Positions 1-12,260 of a DNA stretch of 42,051 nt are shown piece by piece (positions within the stretch are counted from its first letter, which is position 1; each line of letters starts with the position of its first letter). The DNA is from Acanthaster planci (lineage: Eukaryota). The stretch covers positions 2,626,589 through 2,668,639 of the forward strand of contig NW_019091357.1 in the NCBI RefSeq assembly GCF_001949145.1, given 5' to 3'. The notes beneath the pieces are model-generated. The model saw only the letters and a program-made list of their open reading frames with translations, ran no database searches and had not been told where the DNA came from. The position numbers and the translations under genes were made by a program.

Positions 1-461
1 CCGCCACGCCACTGTGGCGAAATGACACCCACGTCCGTTCCATTGTTATTTCCTGAAACCTGCTACGAGACAAGTTTTGTAAAGTTTCGCGGAGTAACAC
101 CCAAGTGTAGTGAACGCAGCAACACTAGTACAGAAATATAATTCCCATAAAGCATTTTATAAAACTGTTGACGCAGTGGCGTAAATTTGTGTTGGAAATT
201 GGGTTTGGGTTGGGGGATGACATGCCCGCCATGAAAATTTAAAGGGGGGTGTGGTGGGGCGATACCATATACACTATATAGAGGGTGATGTTCATAACAA
301 AGATGTACATCTGTAATGTGTATCAAATTCATGCAGAATCTTACATCAAAATGCCACATTTATTGCTTTTTAAAATTACTTTCCCTTTTTAATGATATTG
401 CAAACATTTCAGTGGTTGGACAACCCTGAAAATTCTTCACAATCTGCTTTCTTTTTTTGGT

Positions 462-563
462 CATCACAAAAATATGTGACGGGTGATTCAATAGCCCATC
501 CCCCTCCTCAACTTGAAAATTGTGGGGGAATATATACCCCTATCCGCAGGATTTACGCCCATG
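462..563. repeat. Transposon-end-like dispersed repeat (ends ggatttacgcccatg); second copy at 21792-21889
   Basis: catcacaaaaa..tgattca.tagccca.cccc..gtggggga.at.tac..ggattt.c..ccatg occurs at both sites. Confidence 0.6.
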
Positions 564-571
564 GGTTGACG

Positions 572-1417
572 NNNNNNNNNNNNNNNNNNNNNNNNNNNNN
601 NNNNNNNNNNNNNNNNNNNNNNNNNNNNNNNNNNNNNNNNNNNNNNNNNNNNNNNNNNNNNNNNNNNNNNNNNNNNNNNNNNNNNNNNNNNNNNNNNNNN
701 NNNNNNNNNNNNNNNNNNNNNNNNNNNNNNNNNNNNNNNNNNNNNNNNNNNNNNNNNNNNNNNNNNNNNNNNNNNNNNNNNNNNNNNNNNNNNNNNNNNN
801 NNNNNNNNNNNNNNNNNNNNNNNNNNNNNNNNNNNNNNNNNNNNNNNNNNNNNNNNNNNNNNNNNNNNNNNNNNNNNNNNNNNNNNNNNNNNNNNNNNNN
901 NNNNNNNNNNNNNNNNNNNNNNNNNNNNNNNNNNNNNNNNNNNNNNNNNNNNNNNNNNNNNNNNNNNNNNNNNNNNNNNNNNNNNNNNNNNNNNNNNNNN
1001 NNNNNNNNNNNNNNNNNNNNNNNNNNNNNNNNNNNNNNNNNNNNNNNNNNNNNNNNNNNNNNNNNNNNNNNNNNNNNNNNNNNNNNNNNNNNNNNNNNNN
1101 NNNNNNNNNNNNNNNNNNNNNNNNNNNNNNNNNNNNNNNNNNNNNNNNNNNNNNNNNNNNNNNNNNNNNNNNNNNNNNNNNNNNNNNNNNNNNNNNNNNN
1201 NNNNNNNNNNNNNNNNNNNNNNNNNNNNNNNNNNNNNNNNNNNNNNNNNNNNNNNNNNNNNNNNNNNNNNNNNNNNNNNNNNNNNNNNNNNNNNNNNNNN
1301 NNNNNNNNNNNNNNNNNNNNNNNNNNNNNNNNNNNNNNNNNNNNNNNNNNNNNNNNNNNNNNNNNNNNNNNNNNNNNNNNNNNNNNNNNNNNNNNNNNNN
1401 NNNNNNNNNNNNNNNNN
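572..1417. other. Assembly gap (others: 4042-4133, 17398-18065, 37222-37490)
   Basis: Runs of N. Confidence 1.
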
Positions 1418-2232
1418 TCAAGTCCACTTGAGTGTTACTTGCGCCGCTGACACAATTATAAGGGCCAAAATGTAAGGTTTCGATAGTTGAAGTGGTTCGT
1501 CAGCTGAATATCTTGAATGCAGATTTTTTTTATTATTGATGAATCACATATGGAGATTTTTTTTACGTTTTCCCGAGAACTTGGCCAATTAACGGTGACG
1601 TCTGTAATCCATGCGCATTACCGTCAATGACAAGTGTTAGCTGCAGGATTTAAGAGAGAAAAAATAGTCTCCATGTCCAAACATATTTCCTGCAGATTTT
1701 CACACGGTAAACTTTTTATGACGGAATGTCGCACCGGTCTACGACCGTGGATGGCCGGTCTGAGCGTACCGCGGCTGTCCCTTCCTCAACTGGCGCCGAT
1801 CGGGCCGAGCGCTAGAAATTGTTTTCATCACGCGCCGGGCGCAACGGTCCAGCACTCTCATAGTGAGGACTGAATGCATTCGAAATTCTTTTACTGCATG
1901 CCCAGCACTCAAACCTCGAGGATTGATCGAAACCGTTCGTAATAACAAGTTTCTAAAAAAATGTAGCTATAGCTAAAATCTATGAATCTATCTACATGAT
2001 GTGACCACGACTCATTCAGATTGACATCTTTATCAACTCACAACCTCTATCGTCAGGAAAAATAAATTTCCGTCTGGTGAAATTGACTTTGTTTTCTTGA
2101 ACAAAAAGTGATCGTTTATTACACGGTTCCTGTCTCGAATATAACCTTGTATAAAGTATATAGGTCCCATAGCATGCATAAATTCCCCTCTCTCGTCTCT
2201 CCCAAATATCTGTGAACTTCCAATCGGCCTAC

Positions 2233-2368
2233 CTGTGGAAACAGCACTGGTCTTAAACTCAGTCTGCAGTGGTATCAAAAAGACGCTGTAGTTGTACGAG
2301 GGACCGACGGATACCAGGAACTGAAGGAAAGCGGCAACAACGATCAGAAGTCTCCAGTAGCGCGACAT
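2233..2368 (-). CDS. SLC16/monocarboxylate transporter (MCT10-like) paralog A, first coding exon only; rest lies in the N-gap or beyond the window start
   Basis: ATG at 2368-2366 gives MSRYWRLLIVVAAFLQFLVSVGPSYNYSVFLIPLQTEFKTSAVST-G, ending at a phase-1 donor (ACAG|gtagg). It aligns with exon 1 of paralogs B and C (TM1, NYxV motif, EF, TG| junction). Confidence 0.85.
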
Positions 2369-3754
2369 GTTGGTTGTGGTCCAACCCGAGTGCTGCTGCA
2401 AACGGCAGGCTGGGCTCGGGGATAGGTCCAAGATGTTGCGGCAGTGAAGTAATTGCACAGTACGCGTATGCAGTACGTTGGGCTTGGCAGGTATTGGAAA
2501 AGTGCAAGTCACGTCCGCTTCTGTACTAAGCTTTGCCAATTAGCCGTGTTTGGGTTGCGTGTTACGCAAAGTCGCAGGAAAGTCCTTGGCTCTGGCCTTG
2601 TCCGGCTTATGCCTTCCGTAAATCAAAAAGGTCTATTCTTCGTTTTCGTTTGACCGTAGCAAAAATGGATGCTAGTGTCCACAGGACCCTGGATTTGCTT
2701 TTAAGATCATCATTATCCCGTTGTAATCTTTCTTCATTTGCCTGCATGGAAGGCTTTAATTTAAAGAACCATGCCGTGAGTTTGGAAAACAGTTCCTCGT
2801 TTTGGTCTTCATCTATTCAGAAAATACATGAAAAACTGTTCGACAATCTTTTGTGGTCAACATTTTGGACAAATGGACTGAGGCCTATTACACGCTTTAC
2901 CAGACAAATAAAGTTGCTGTGATAACATTTGCTGGGTACGTGTCATCACACTTTGAGGAAGTTACCGATTATTCTGTGAGCTGAAAGCTTCTCACTGAGA
3001 ACATTCGTGGAAAAACCTTGCTTGCGAATCGCCAAACGTAAGAAAATTTAAGACTGCCAAAATGTTTGGCAAATCTCGGTGCTGTGAACAGTTTAACATC
3101 GAGGTCTGTTCTAGAAACATCACATTTTGTTCTTGTAGGCTCGTACCTAAGGGTATACCCACAAAAATATGAATACATATGCATTTGCAAGGACAGCATT
3201 CAAAGTTACACTTCGGTTAGGCCTATATATATAACTCCTCTCTCGGCAGGCAGACGGCCGGCCGGCCGCGCATCGTTGCGTGACGCCGGGCATTGTACTC
3301 TTTCTGGACCGTGTCCGTCGACCTCGACGGCGATCAGTCCTCTAGGAAACGAGGCCACCACTGAGCTATAATCATACAGGAAGGATGGTGTCATGTATAT
3401 GACCTTTTTTTATATGTGTTACCTTCCGCAACTCTGCAAGAATAGGCAGAATTTAACTGACAGGATAGCGCGGACGATTTGCTTTTATTTACTACTTTCT
3501 GTTGTCCTGTTTTGATTTCCTTGCGTCCTCAGATCGAACATTTCCTGAATCTCGAGTACTGTATATCGCGCTTCGTGCATCAGGCTTTGACAGGTCACGT
3601 AATACGAAAAGCACAATCACTTCATAGACCTTTTGCACCCATCGCACGTGCGTTCGCACGTGCGAGGACGGCATGCTCGGCTAGTCTGTTGATGTTTAAG
3701 GGTGCAGTGTCCCAATTCAAGGAAAATTCTCCGCCAGGCTGAGGCGCACAAAAA

Positions 3755-4041
3755 GTAGAGATTGTTTTGAAAAGAGGGGTCTGTTTGGGCCAAGAAATGG
3801 TGGGATTGTGTCAGTATGGCCCAGGATCATCTCTGTAGATTCAGGGGCACCCACCTGGGGGCAAAGCAGACCAAAATGGCATTGAAAATTAGTCAGAAGA
3901 GCCCGAGGAAGGTGAGGGATGTCATTTGAAAAATGGCCGCTGGGAGGGCTTGGCAACATTCACTTTTTGGGGGGTGAGTTTGTTTTGGGCGGATAATTAA
4001 AAAATTCATAGGTTAACCTACTAAAAATTGAAAATCAAATG
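3755..4041 (+). repeat. Dispersed about 280-bp repeat family, copy 1
   Basis: Collinear with 7115-7400 and 40468-40730 (tttgaaaa, aaatggtg.gattgtg, aggatca, cccgag.aag, tcactttt(g)n tga.tttgt). Confidence 0.75.
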
Positions 4042-5061
4042 NNNNNNNNNNNNNNNNNNNNNNNNNNNNNNNNNNNNNNNNNNNNNNNNNNNNNNNNNNN
4101 NNNNNNNNNNNNNNNNNNNNNNNNNNNNNNNNNGCTGGGCCCCTTTGCATGATCTGATGACCCTGAATGCACAGACACGATTATGGAGTAGCCTCAACTT
4201 CATCAAGGCTGGGCATTTTATAACCATTCAAATATCCGCTCAATTGGGGTGCGATATCGTCAACAACAGCTGGAGTGCGGTGTGCTGCGAAGGAGCAGGG
4301 TTAAGCCCCAGCCTTAATTAAACCCTGCCACTGGCCCTAGCGGCTGGGACCACAGTCGAACTGGCGTCCACTGAATAATATATACGATCCTAATTTTGGA
4401 AAAACATGTTTGTAAGAAAACTGAAATCTGAGGTGAGGCCTCAAACTTGGCTCGTAAGATACCGTATTCAGCACCCTGCCTTTGTTCATAGCCACGGGCG
4501 TAATACAAGATGGGCTCATTCGAAACTCTTCTGTAGTACCTGAATCATCTCTCGGAAGAATATTTTTTTTAGCACTCAGAAGGGATCCAGTGTATGGTTA
4601 GACTTTTCAAGAACTCACTCAGACACAAATTCAAGTCATTATTGAGGGATCCTTTTCCCCCACTTTCAGAACGCTAGTGTGTAATTAAAATAATTTTCAA
4701 CATGTTAAATAACAAGCATTATGGAGATAAACAACCCGTTGAATCTGGCACAAGTTTACTGTCATAAATGGTCGTTGATTGCTCACCATTCGAAAACCAT
4801 CCTGAGCAAATTTTTAAATATTTTGAAATGTCCACGTTGAAACAGATCAACTGCAGATTTAACGAAAATAAAACAAAAATTGGTAACAAACAAAAACAAC
4901 AACAACACCAACAACAAATGAAATTAGGCCTACTGTCATCCGTTCCGTTCTTCAAAGGAATCTTAGAACTTTCCAATGACAGAGTAAACCACAGGGGATC
5001 ACTGTATGCATATACGTCAGACATTAAACTAAGATTTTGGAATCAGGACAACCCAAGCAAT

Positions 5062-8000
5062 CTATGCCTCACAGGCCAGAGTACCTTGTCCATAGCTTGA
5101 TGGCTCACTCTCGGTATCTACATGTATGTCAGGAATTGGGGTCGGGGTTCGCACGGTTCGAACCATGGGCATGTCTTCTTTTGCAGGCTCGTCGGTCGTG
5201 TCGGTTGGGCCGACGTTTGCGCACCGTGCCGTGGCGGCGCCTGCCCCTGGAGGACGGCCGGGTGACCGCGTCATCCTCTTGTGGACGGGGATCAGTAGCA
5301 TGGAGACGGTCGAGAAAGAAAAGCTAGCCATCAAGATGAAGAGGCTGAGCCTGTAGTCGCCGGTCAGGTCGTACAGAGCACCTGTGAAGAAGCCAGGGTA
5401 CCATTCAGTAGGATTGCAAACAAGAACGCAAACACACATAAGCGACCAACGCACCAACAGTCAAGTTAGCCAACCAACCAAATTCCCCCAAAGTTGTTCC
5501 CCTTTCCATATCAGTGTGAGACTTCGATATAATGCAGCTGCTTTCGTTGCACAGTTTGGTTTGACTTTAATTAATCATGGCAGATTCGATGTAGATCGAA
5601 CTGGGACACTTCATATTTTATCTCTTGTATGATATTTCTAATGAGTGAATAAATAAGTAATTTCTTGCCTGGACACTTGAAACAGAAATGCTAGTAATGC
5701 ATATCCTTGTAAAACATCCATGGGTCCTGGCATATGACCCTGACCACTGGAGTGGATTGCTAAAGAGTTATTTGGAATCCACTTTTGTTGACATGGCAAC
5801 TAATCGTTAAGACACGCTGCCCTCACCACGCTGTTTAGCTGAAGCAACGATTTTTGACTATGTGTAACTTACTGCCTGACGTCTGTCCGCTGAACTCACC
5901 TGTAACTGACGACCCGATTAGTATGCCAAGTCCGAATCCAGTCAGTGGGGCAGAGGTCACGACACCCGAGCCGAAAGCGCTGAAGAGCTCGTCACTCGCT
6001 GCTAGACAGGCGCCATATATTCCCCCGCGAGCTGTTCCCCACACTAACAGATAAAGAGCGAGAGAGGAATTGCAGCTGGTTGCACGGACTAGTCAAGTTC
6101 AAGGGAAAGTGTAACGTGGAATTTTAAGACAGAACACTCAGGGTTGCGCGGAGGTATAATCTGGTTCCATAATATAGTTCCCCAACCAAAAGGATTATAC
6201 TTCACTTAGGGAAAATCTTGACACCATGCAGTAGCCGTCACGTCCACGCGTATGGCCAAAATGGGAGGAAATCTTCCCTTTCTTAAAATATCCAAGGTTT
6301 TTGAATCCATGTCAGTGATGTTCGTCGTCAAACTGTTCTTGAATTTTTATACAATGGACAAATTGCCCGTTTCCCCTCTCTGATTCGCCTCATGGAAATT
6401 TGTCTAATTGTACTTTTGAATATTTAGTGCCACCTTTGCACACCATTTTATAAAGCTGACAAACAACCTACCAACACGCGCACCCTACATCTTAAAACAG
6501 AATAATGTTACGTCATGCGTCAGTGTTCATTGAGGTTATTTTCGGACTCAACATAAGAGACATTTAGGATTATCATGGTAAAGAGAAGATGCCTTTTAAG
6601 AAAACTATAAACCTCCTAAATTGAAGCCTCATAATGATGAAAAGTACATGCAGGTCCCTTCCTTAACCTATATATTCCTGCGCGTCCACTTTTCTGGCTG
6701 TAAATCTGACTGGTTATATTTCTCTCTTTCATTGTTTTCTGAGAGATAACTGACTGTTTACCGACTGAGAGGGCGATCATGTGCTGGAAGGTCGAGCATA
6801 CCGTCTGGAAGCCGGCTGTGACGGCCCCGCACACCGACGTGGCGGCGATGATGTACAGCTTGAGACAGCACAGGCGGTCCCCGAACAAGACGAAGACGAG
6901 TTTACCGCCAACCTCTGAGGCCCCAAGGACCACCAGGGTCAGGGAAATTTGCTCCGTCGACAACTGGATTCCCCTCATGAAGCTCGACTGCAGTTATGCA
7001 AGGGAAGAAGGATACTTGTCGAGATCGCTGAATCGATTTAATGTACATGTGGGTGCAGACCACTAATTCAAGTGAGAATTTTTGACCAGCTCATTAGCAT
7101 TAAAAGTGCCCCCACAGTATCTTTTGAAAAAGGAGATTGTTTGTCCCCCAAAATGGTGAGATTGTGTAAATCGTTGCCAGGATCAACTCCCTGGGTCTTT
7201 GAGCTTTCATATGAGGGCAGAAGGGCTAAAAACTACGGTTGGAAAATGGTCCTAAGTGCCCGAGAAAGTTGAGGGTTGCCACTTGAAAAATGGCTGCAAG
7301 CAGACTTCGAACAGGTCACTTTTGGGGGGGGTGATTTTGTTTTGTGGGAATAACTAAAAATGTAATTGGTTAACCCACAAAAAATTTAAAAGAAATTGAA
7401 AGATAAGTGACCAGACAAGAATATCATTTGTGTTTCAGAAGTCTCAGGGATGTTGGCGTGCATGCTATTGGGCCCTGAACGGTGCTGATTTTACACTTGT
7501 TTCAATGGGGCTTGAATTAGTGGACTGGACCCATATGTACTCACTTTTCCAACTAACTACACCGACTGGTGTGACCAGGACTACATGTATTTACCTCGAA
7601 GGGATCAAGAGAGGGCGCAAGTTTAATATCAACTCAGTGAGGCTCCTTTTGTTGGGAACTGCACTTCGCTGGTTCACAAACGACCATGGACTGCATGAAC
7701 AGTCCCAACCAAAATGGCCCTTTTCGACTGATAAGAGGGTGCTGATTGTTCGTATGCACTAACGCATAATCCAACAGTTTGTTTCCAACGGGGCCATGTA
7801 TGTCGCAACTAGTATAAACAGTTCTGCAGTCGCCGTGTCAACAGCGCCTCTGATGAATGGAAACAGAGAGTGGAACTACAGCACTCCAAACAACTTCGAA
7901 AAATACACAGTTCAACAAACATAAAGGAATCATTCCACGAATTCTGTGCACTTTACTGTCTGCGCTTTCTCATTCACTTCTTTTGTGATACTTACGAAGT

Positions 8001-11000
8001 TGATCAGAACGAACGCCCAGCCCAGTTGGGCAGACGTTATCGAGGAAACAAACAGCCACATGTCCGCGTTCAACAGCAGTTTCTTCAAGGTTTGCGTTCC
8101 GCCACTGCGACTACCGCGACCTTCACCGTCACCCGACAGTCTTGCACCTCCAGGGTCGTGGGGAATGTCCTTACAGTCATCAGCGACGGCCACGACTTCG
8201 TCGCTGACGGGACCGAGTCTCTCCTTCTCGTCCCCTGAGCACGTCTCCAGCTCACTCCGCATCTTGCCAGGCGTCTGCAGGGCTGCGCCGGCTTGTTTTC
8301 GACGGGCTTCCGGGGACCTCAGGAACGGCAGCGCGCCCACTGTGCCCAACAGCAACACGAGGCCGGTGAGCAATCGCTGCGAGTTTCTCCAGCCCCACAC
8401 GGCATTGGTTTTGTTGAGTAAAGGTCCCAAGCCCATAATACCTTACACAATGAAACAGCACACTGTTATGTTTGGATATTTGCATTTATAAAAATGACAA
8501 CGAACGGGAACGATCTTGCCGCGCCATGTTGGTTCCTTGCACGATGAGGGAACGCGCACGCAGCGCATGAAGTCACGGTCAGTGTCACGCAATTATGTGT
8601 GTAAAAGGCATTGGCGTGAGAATCAACGCGCGCGCGTACTCCATTCGTTTGTATGCCACTTTGTGGTTGACAGTGACGTCACACTTCGGTACTCTATAGA
8701 GTTTCCTTTTGTTGCGTCACAAGTGCAATAATTTTGACAGCCCATGCAAAACTATGGCTGGCCGTGAGTGCAAAATCAAAAGAAATGCTTCACCAAAAAT
8801 CTAACGCAGATGTTAAAACACTTAGTCAGTAATAGCTAAATTATTTTACGAAAATGCCTCCATGTCAACAGTAATGAAGCAAAATCTACATTCCCAGGCA
8901 AACGTTGTAAACAAAGATTGAACAAACTGGCAAATATTGGTTGCCCATTCAAAATGGAGGCCAGTGTTTGTCAACAAAAGAAAGATCTTATACGCTTTGA
9001 GTTAATTGAGGCCAATCAGCATAACACCAACAAGTTCAGTACATAGAGCTGAGGCCAAGTTCCGTCGCCTGAGGCGAATAAAATCTGGTACACTGTGTTA
9101 TCTGATTGCATAGAAACGCAACAATTTGAATTCCTCAGACTAAAGACACTGTTGTTATACCTCGTGATTTGGGGCAAGCTTTTGCATAGCGACCACCATC
9201 TCTGGATTGGACTGGTTCCTTTGTGCCGTTCTTATCCGTTGAGAACAGTGTATTGTTTCAACTAAGCAAAAGCTTGCCCCGAATCACGAGGTATAGCAAC
9301 AGTGGTTTTAGTATGGAAAGTTCAAGTTGTTATGTTCATGTGAATTTAAAGAACTCAGTATACCAGATTTTATTCAAATTTAATGGCTTATTTTGCGGAG
9401 GGGGTCGACAAGGGGAGGGGGGAGAGTTCCCACCGGGAGAGGCAGATAACCTCCCTGCCCCCCTCCCGGCTTCGCTACTACTACAAAAGCAAAGCAAATG
9501 CAGGAAGCAAAAGGCCTACCCAGAGCGCCGCCGATCGAGAGCGTCCCAGTTGCCCGGCAGCAGCTGGCGTCCCCGGAGTACCAGTCCAGCAGCAGGCTGC
9601 TGGCCGCCAGTAGGACGAAGCCCGCCCCTATCCCGGCCATCGCGCCCAGCGTCAGGTACCCGTAGGCCAGCGACGGGATGAAGGAGGTCAGGAGGAAGCC
9701 GGCCGACTCCAGCGCGATGCCGGCCACCAGTAGGCGGAAATGGCCGAACCGGCTGGCCAGGGCCGCCCCCACTGGAGCGATACAACAGTGCAAGGAGACA
9801 CTCGTGGCGCCAACCCAGCCTTGAAAAGATTTAGATATAGCAAATAAAAAATTGTTAATAGACTCAAAGAATAGGATTAACCTCACATTTAGAAAAGACT
9901 CGGGAAAGGTAGCATTTCAAATGAACATAGACAAACCGGGCGACGGTGGTATGGCGCCATCGCTGGTTAGATACAGTGGTCCCGCCAATGGCGCTGAACA
10001 CTACAGTTATTAAACGCCCTTCACAGTGCATGTAGTGCAACAATGAATAATGATTAAGTCATGTTTAAAAATGCGTATGCAATGCAAGAACATCACCGCC
10101 CGCCCAGGCAGCCGTCAAACGACCTTCATGACACATCGCTGGAAGGGACGAGACTTTACTTGGAAGGGATAGGATACTCATGGAGAAATAAACACATACT
10201 GAAGTTATGGGTAATTGTTTAATCCCGACTTCCCGAGGGGCCGTTCGGTAGGGACTGCAAAGCTTACTGGGACCCCCGTCAAGGGATTCGCAGATGACAT
10301 ATTCCGTTCAACACAAGCAATCATAATTGATTTTGTGGCACTCTCTAGTCTCCTCACAAGCCGCCTGACTGAAGTAACAACATGTGCGATTTACCATTAC
10401 GCTTCGATTTCAAAGGAAATGCTGACAGCGTTACATATGCATTTAAACTACTTCTGTGACGTCACTCCGTTGTTCAAAGAATAGGTTATTTTGACGAATC
10501 TATATCTGTATTAAATCTACAGTCATTCAAGTTTCGTAACAACGAGGAGATTGGGGGTCCCCCGATTAACTTCGATTACGATACGATTACCCTCGTGTCC
10601 CCTTTCAGGATTAATGCTCTATAAAGCAAAAATTTCAACCAAGATTTGAATTTTTTTCTTCACCTTTCAATAAGGAATAAATTTGATGCGCTTTGGCTAC
10701 TTTTGTGTCTATGTTTTGCCCAGTCTTTCTTAAATGTTGAATTATGTTAAAATCCTCGGCTTCATAGAGTCCTGTGGTGGTTTAAGGTTAGTCTGATGGG
10801 TTTTGCTGCAATGACACACGCGTAATAATGACTCCAAAGAAGAGCTGAAGTATATGTACCCACCACTGACGATACTGACTGCACGAATATTTTTAGTGCT
10901 TTCACTCATGCGAAGGGCGAACAGAGGGAGCGTCTTAGACAGTCGGGACTCTCTGTTCGTGCAACAATATGAAATAGTTCAAGTCAGAATAGAAATCGGA

Positions 11001-11690
11001 ACTGTCAATTCGTGCATATGGGCGCGGCTTCGCCTGGCCCATTCTTTGCACAAATCTAATCCTCGTCCATTCTCTCTGACTGAAACATGCTGAGAAGTGG
11101 AGTGACTTTTTCTGAACTCGATTTTGATCGTTTTCTGTTTACAAGGGGACATCTCTTAATCGCCAACTGGACACAAATAAAATGATGCAAAAAGCATCGA
11201 AGCCAATCAAATGTGGCCTCTGTAACAATCGTAAGGTATCATAGATACCGAGAGTTGACATTTTACGGTTGACTTGCGCCATAATGCTTACAGATGTAAC
11301 GTTTGGGTAACCAAACCGTGTGTGCTTGGATGTGCAACGGAGCGGGGTTAAAGTTCAGATTGTAGGCGAGGTATAGATTCATACATTGAGGAATTGCTAA
11401 ATATGTACACTGCGCGCCCAAGTATGGCTTCTACGTGTGTTACCTGTAGAAACGGTGCTGCGCCGACAATTTCCGGGGAGAGGGTGCATTGGCCGGCCTC
11501 AGTTACCCTACTGACTTGGTGATTTCCTATATGAAACTGGATACCTACCAGTAAATACAGCGCTGTCCTTGAACTCTTTCTGAAAGTCGACGAAGAACAC
11601 GTTGTAATTTAATACTGGGCCGTTTGACACGAAATACAGCAGGGTGGCCCCGGCCACAACCAGGATTTTCCGATTGCCCAGGGGCGGCAT
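5062..11690 (-). CDS. SLC16/monocarboxylate transporter family MFS protein (MCT10/MCT8-like), paralog B, intact, 525 aa
   Basis: Six exons with GT-AG borders and consistent phases: 11690-11549, 9819-9520, 8441-7996, 6987-6762, 6043-5900, 5381-5062 (1578 nt, TAG stop). SLC16-type segments: TG|WVG, SRFGHFR, YLTLG..AGIG, GWRN, long central hydrophilic loop, FGDRL, IGSSVTG|ALYDLTGDY. Confidence 0.92.
7115..7400 (+). repeat. Dispersed about 280-bp repeat family, copy 2 (intron 3 of paralog B)
   Basis: Same motif order as 3755-4041. Confidence 0.75.
8585..8697. mobile_element. Partial family-2 MITE in intron 2 of paralog B
   Basis: Reverse complement of 34208-34330 (aatcaacgcgcgcgcgtactccattcgtttg...gtgacgtcacacttcggtactctat). 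Confidence 0.75.
9140..9311. mobile_element. Palindromic MITE with about 50-bp TIRs, intron 2 of paralog B
   Basis: ctaaagacactgttgttatacctcgtgatttggggcaagcttttgc / gcaaaagcttgccccgaatcacgaggtatagcaacagtggttttag. Confidence 0.75.
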
Positions 11691-12114
11691 CGTGGCCGAT
11701 GAAACTGCTTGCTTTCCGTGGAGACTGCTCTCCGGTAGGAGCAGCAGGCTGTACCTGGTGCCTGTAGTAGGCTGCAGTTTCCACCCGTGCAGTGACTGAC
11801 TTTGGAATCGCGCGCACGCAATACGTCACAATCCCCGTGCTACATTCAGGCTTGACTGTCAAGGTGATTAAACACCAGCCTCTACGGAACGCCAACTCGA
11901 TCAAAACAAACTGTCCTAGAATCGCAACAAGAATATAATATCAAATCAGTCCTTTGAAATATGTGATTGCCGAGCTTTTGGTAACTGAGTACCTTCTTCA
12001 GGGCAAGCAGATTCAGTTCAGTTGTCTTAGAATCGCACTCAATGTGTCAGTCCATTCTGTTGTGTCGACATAGGTAGCTGAGGGTAATGCGACTTTTCTG
12101 GGACTTCTCACTCT

Positions 12115-12260
12115 CAGTAGTAGGAGTGTAATTAACAGTGCGTGTCCGTCTCTTCAGGGGTCAAAGGTTCGAATCTAGCAGCGGCAGGTTACACGTAGTA
12201 ACCGTAGGCCTATAAGAGTATAACTGGGTACCCGTGAGGGCCCGAAGTTAACAAGTAAAT
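12115..12260 (+). mobile_element. Degenerate tRNA-derived SINE-like relic upstream of paralog B
   Basis: B-box GGTTCGAATC at 12166-12175 and downstream gtataactgggtacc, resembling a conserved SINE central domain. Confidence 0.35.

Noticed and set aside
392..1450. Long ORFs over N runs (also 4021-4321, 17356-18190, 37107-37621)
   Set aside because: Artefacts of translating gaps and microsatellites; no coding signal.
3645..3662. Carbohydrate response element (ChoRE)
   Set aside because: ChoRE needs a 5-bp spacer between E-boxes; this one has 6.
4768..5100. ORF with a short poly-Q tract
   Set aside because: Comes from an (AAC)-rich simple repeat in the presumed 3' UTR of paralog B.
7946..8491. 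Plus-strand ORFs opposite paralog B exons (also 5126-5356, 6779-7066, 9223-9681) and similar ORFs opposite paralog C and TMEM179B exons
   Set aside because: Antisense shadows of GC-rich coding exons; no recognisable protein.
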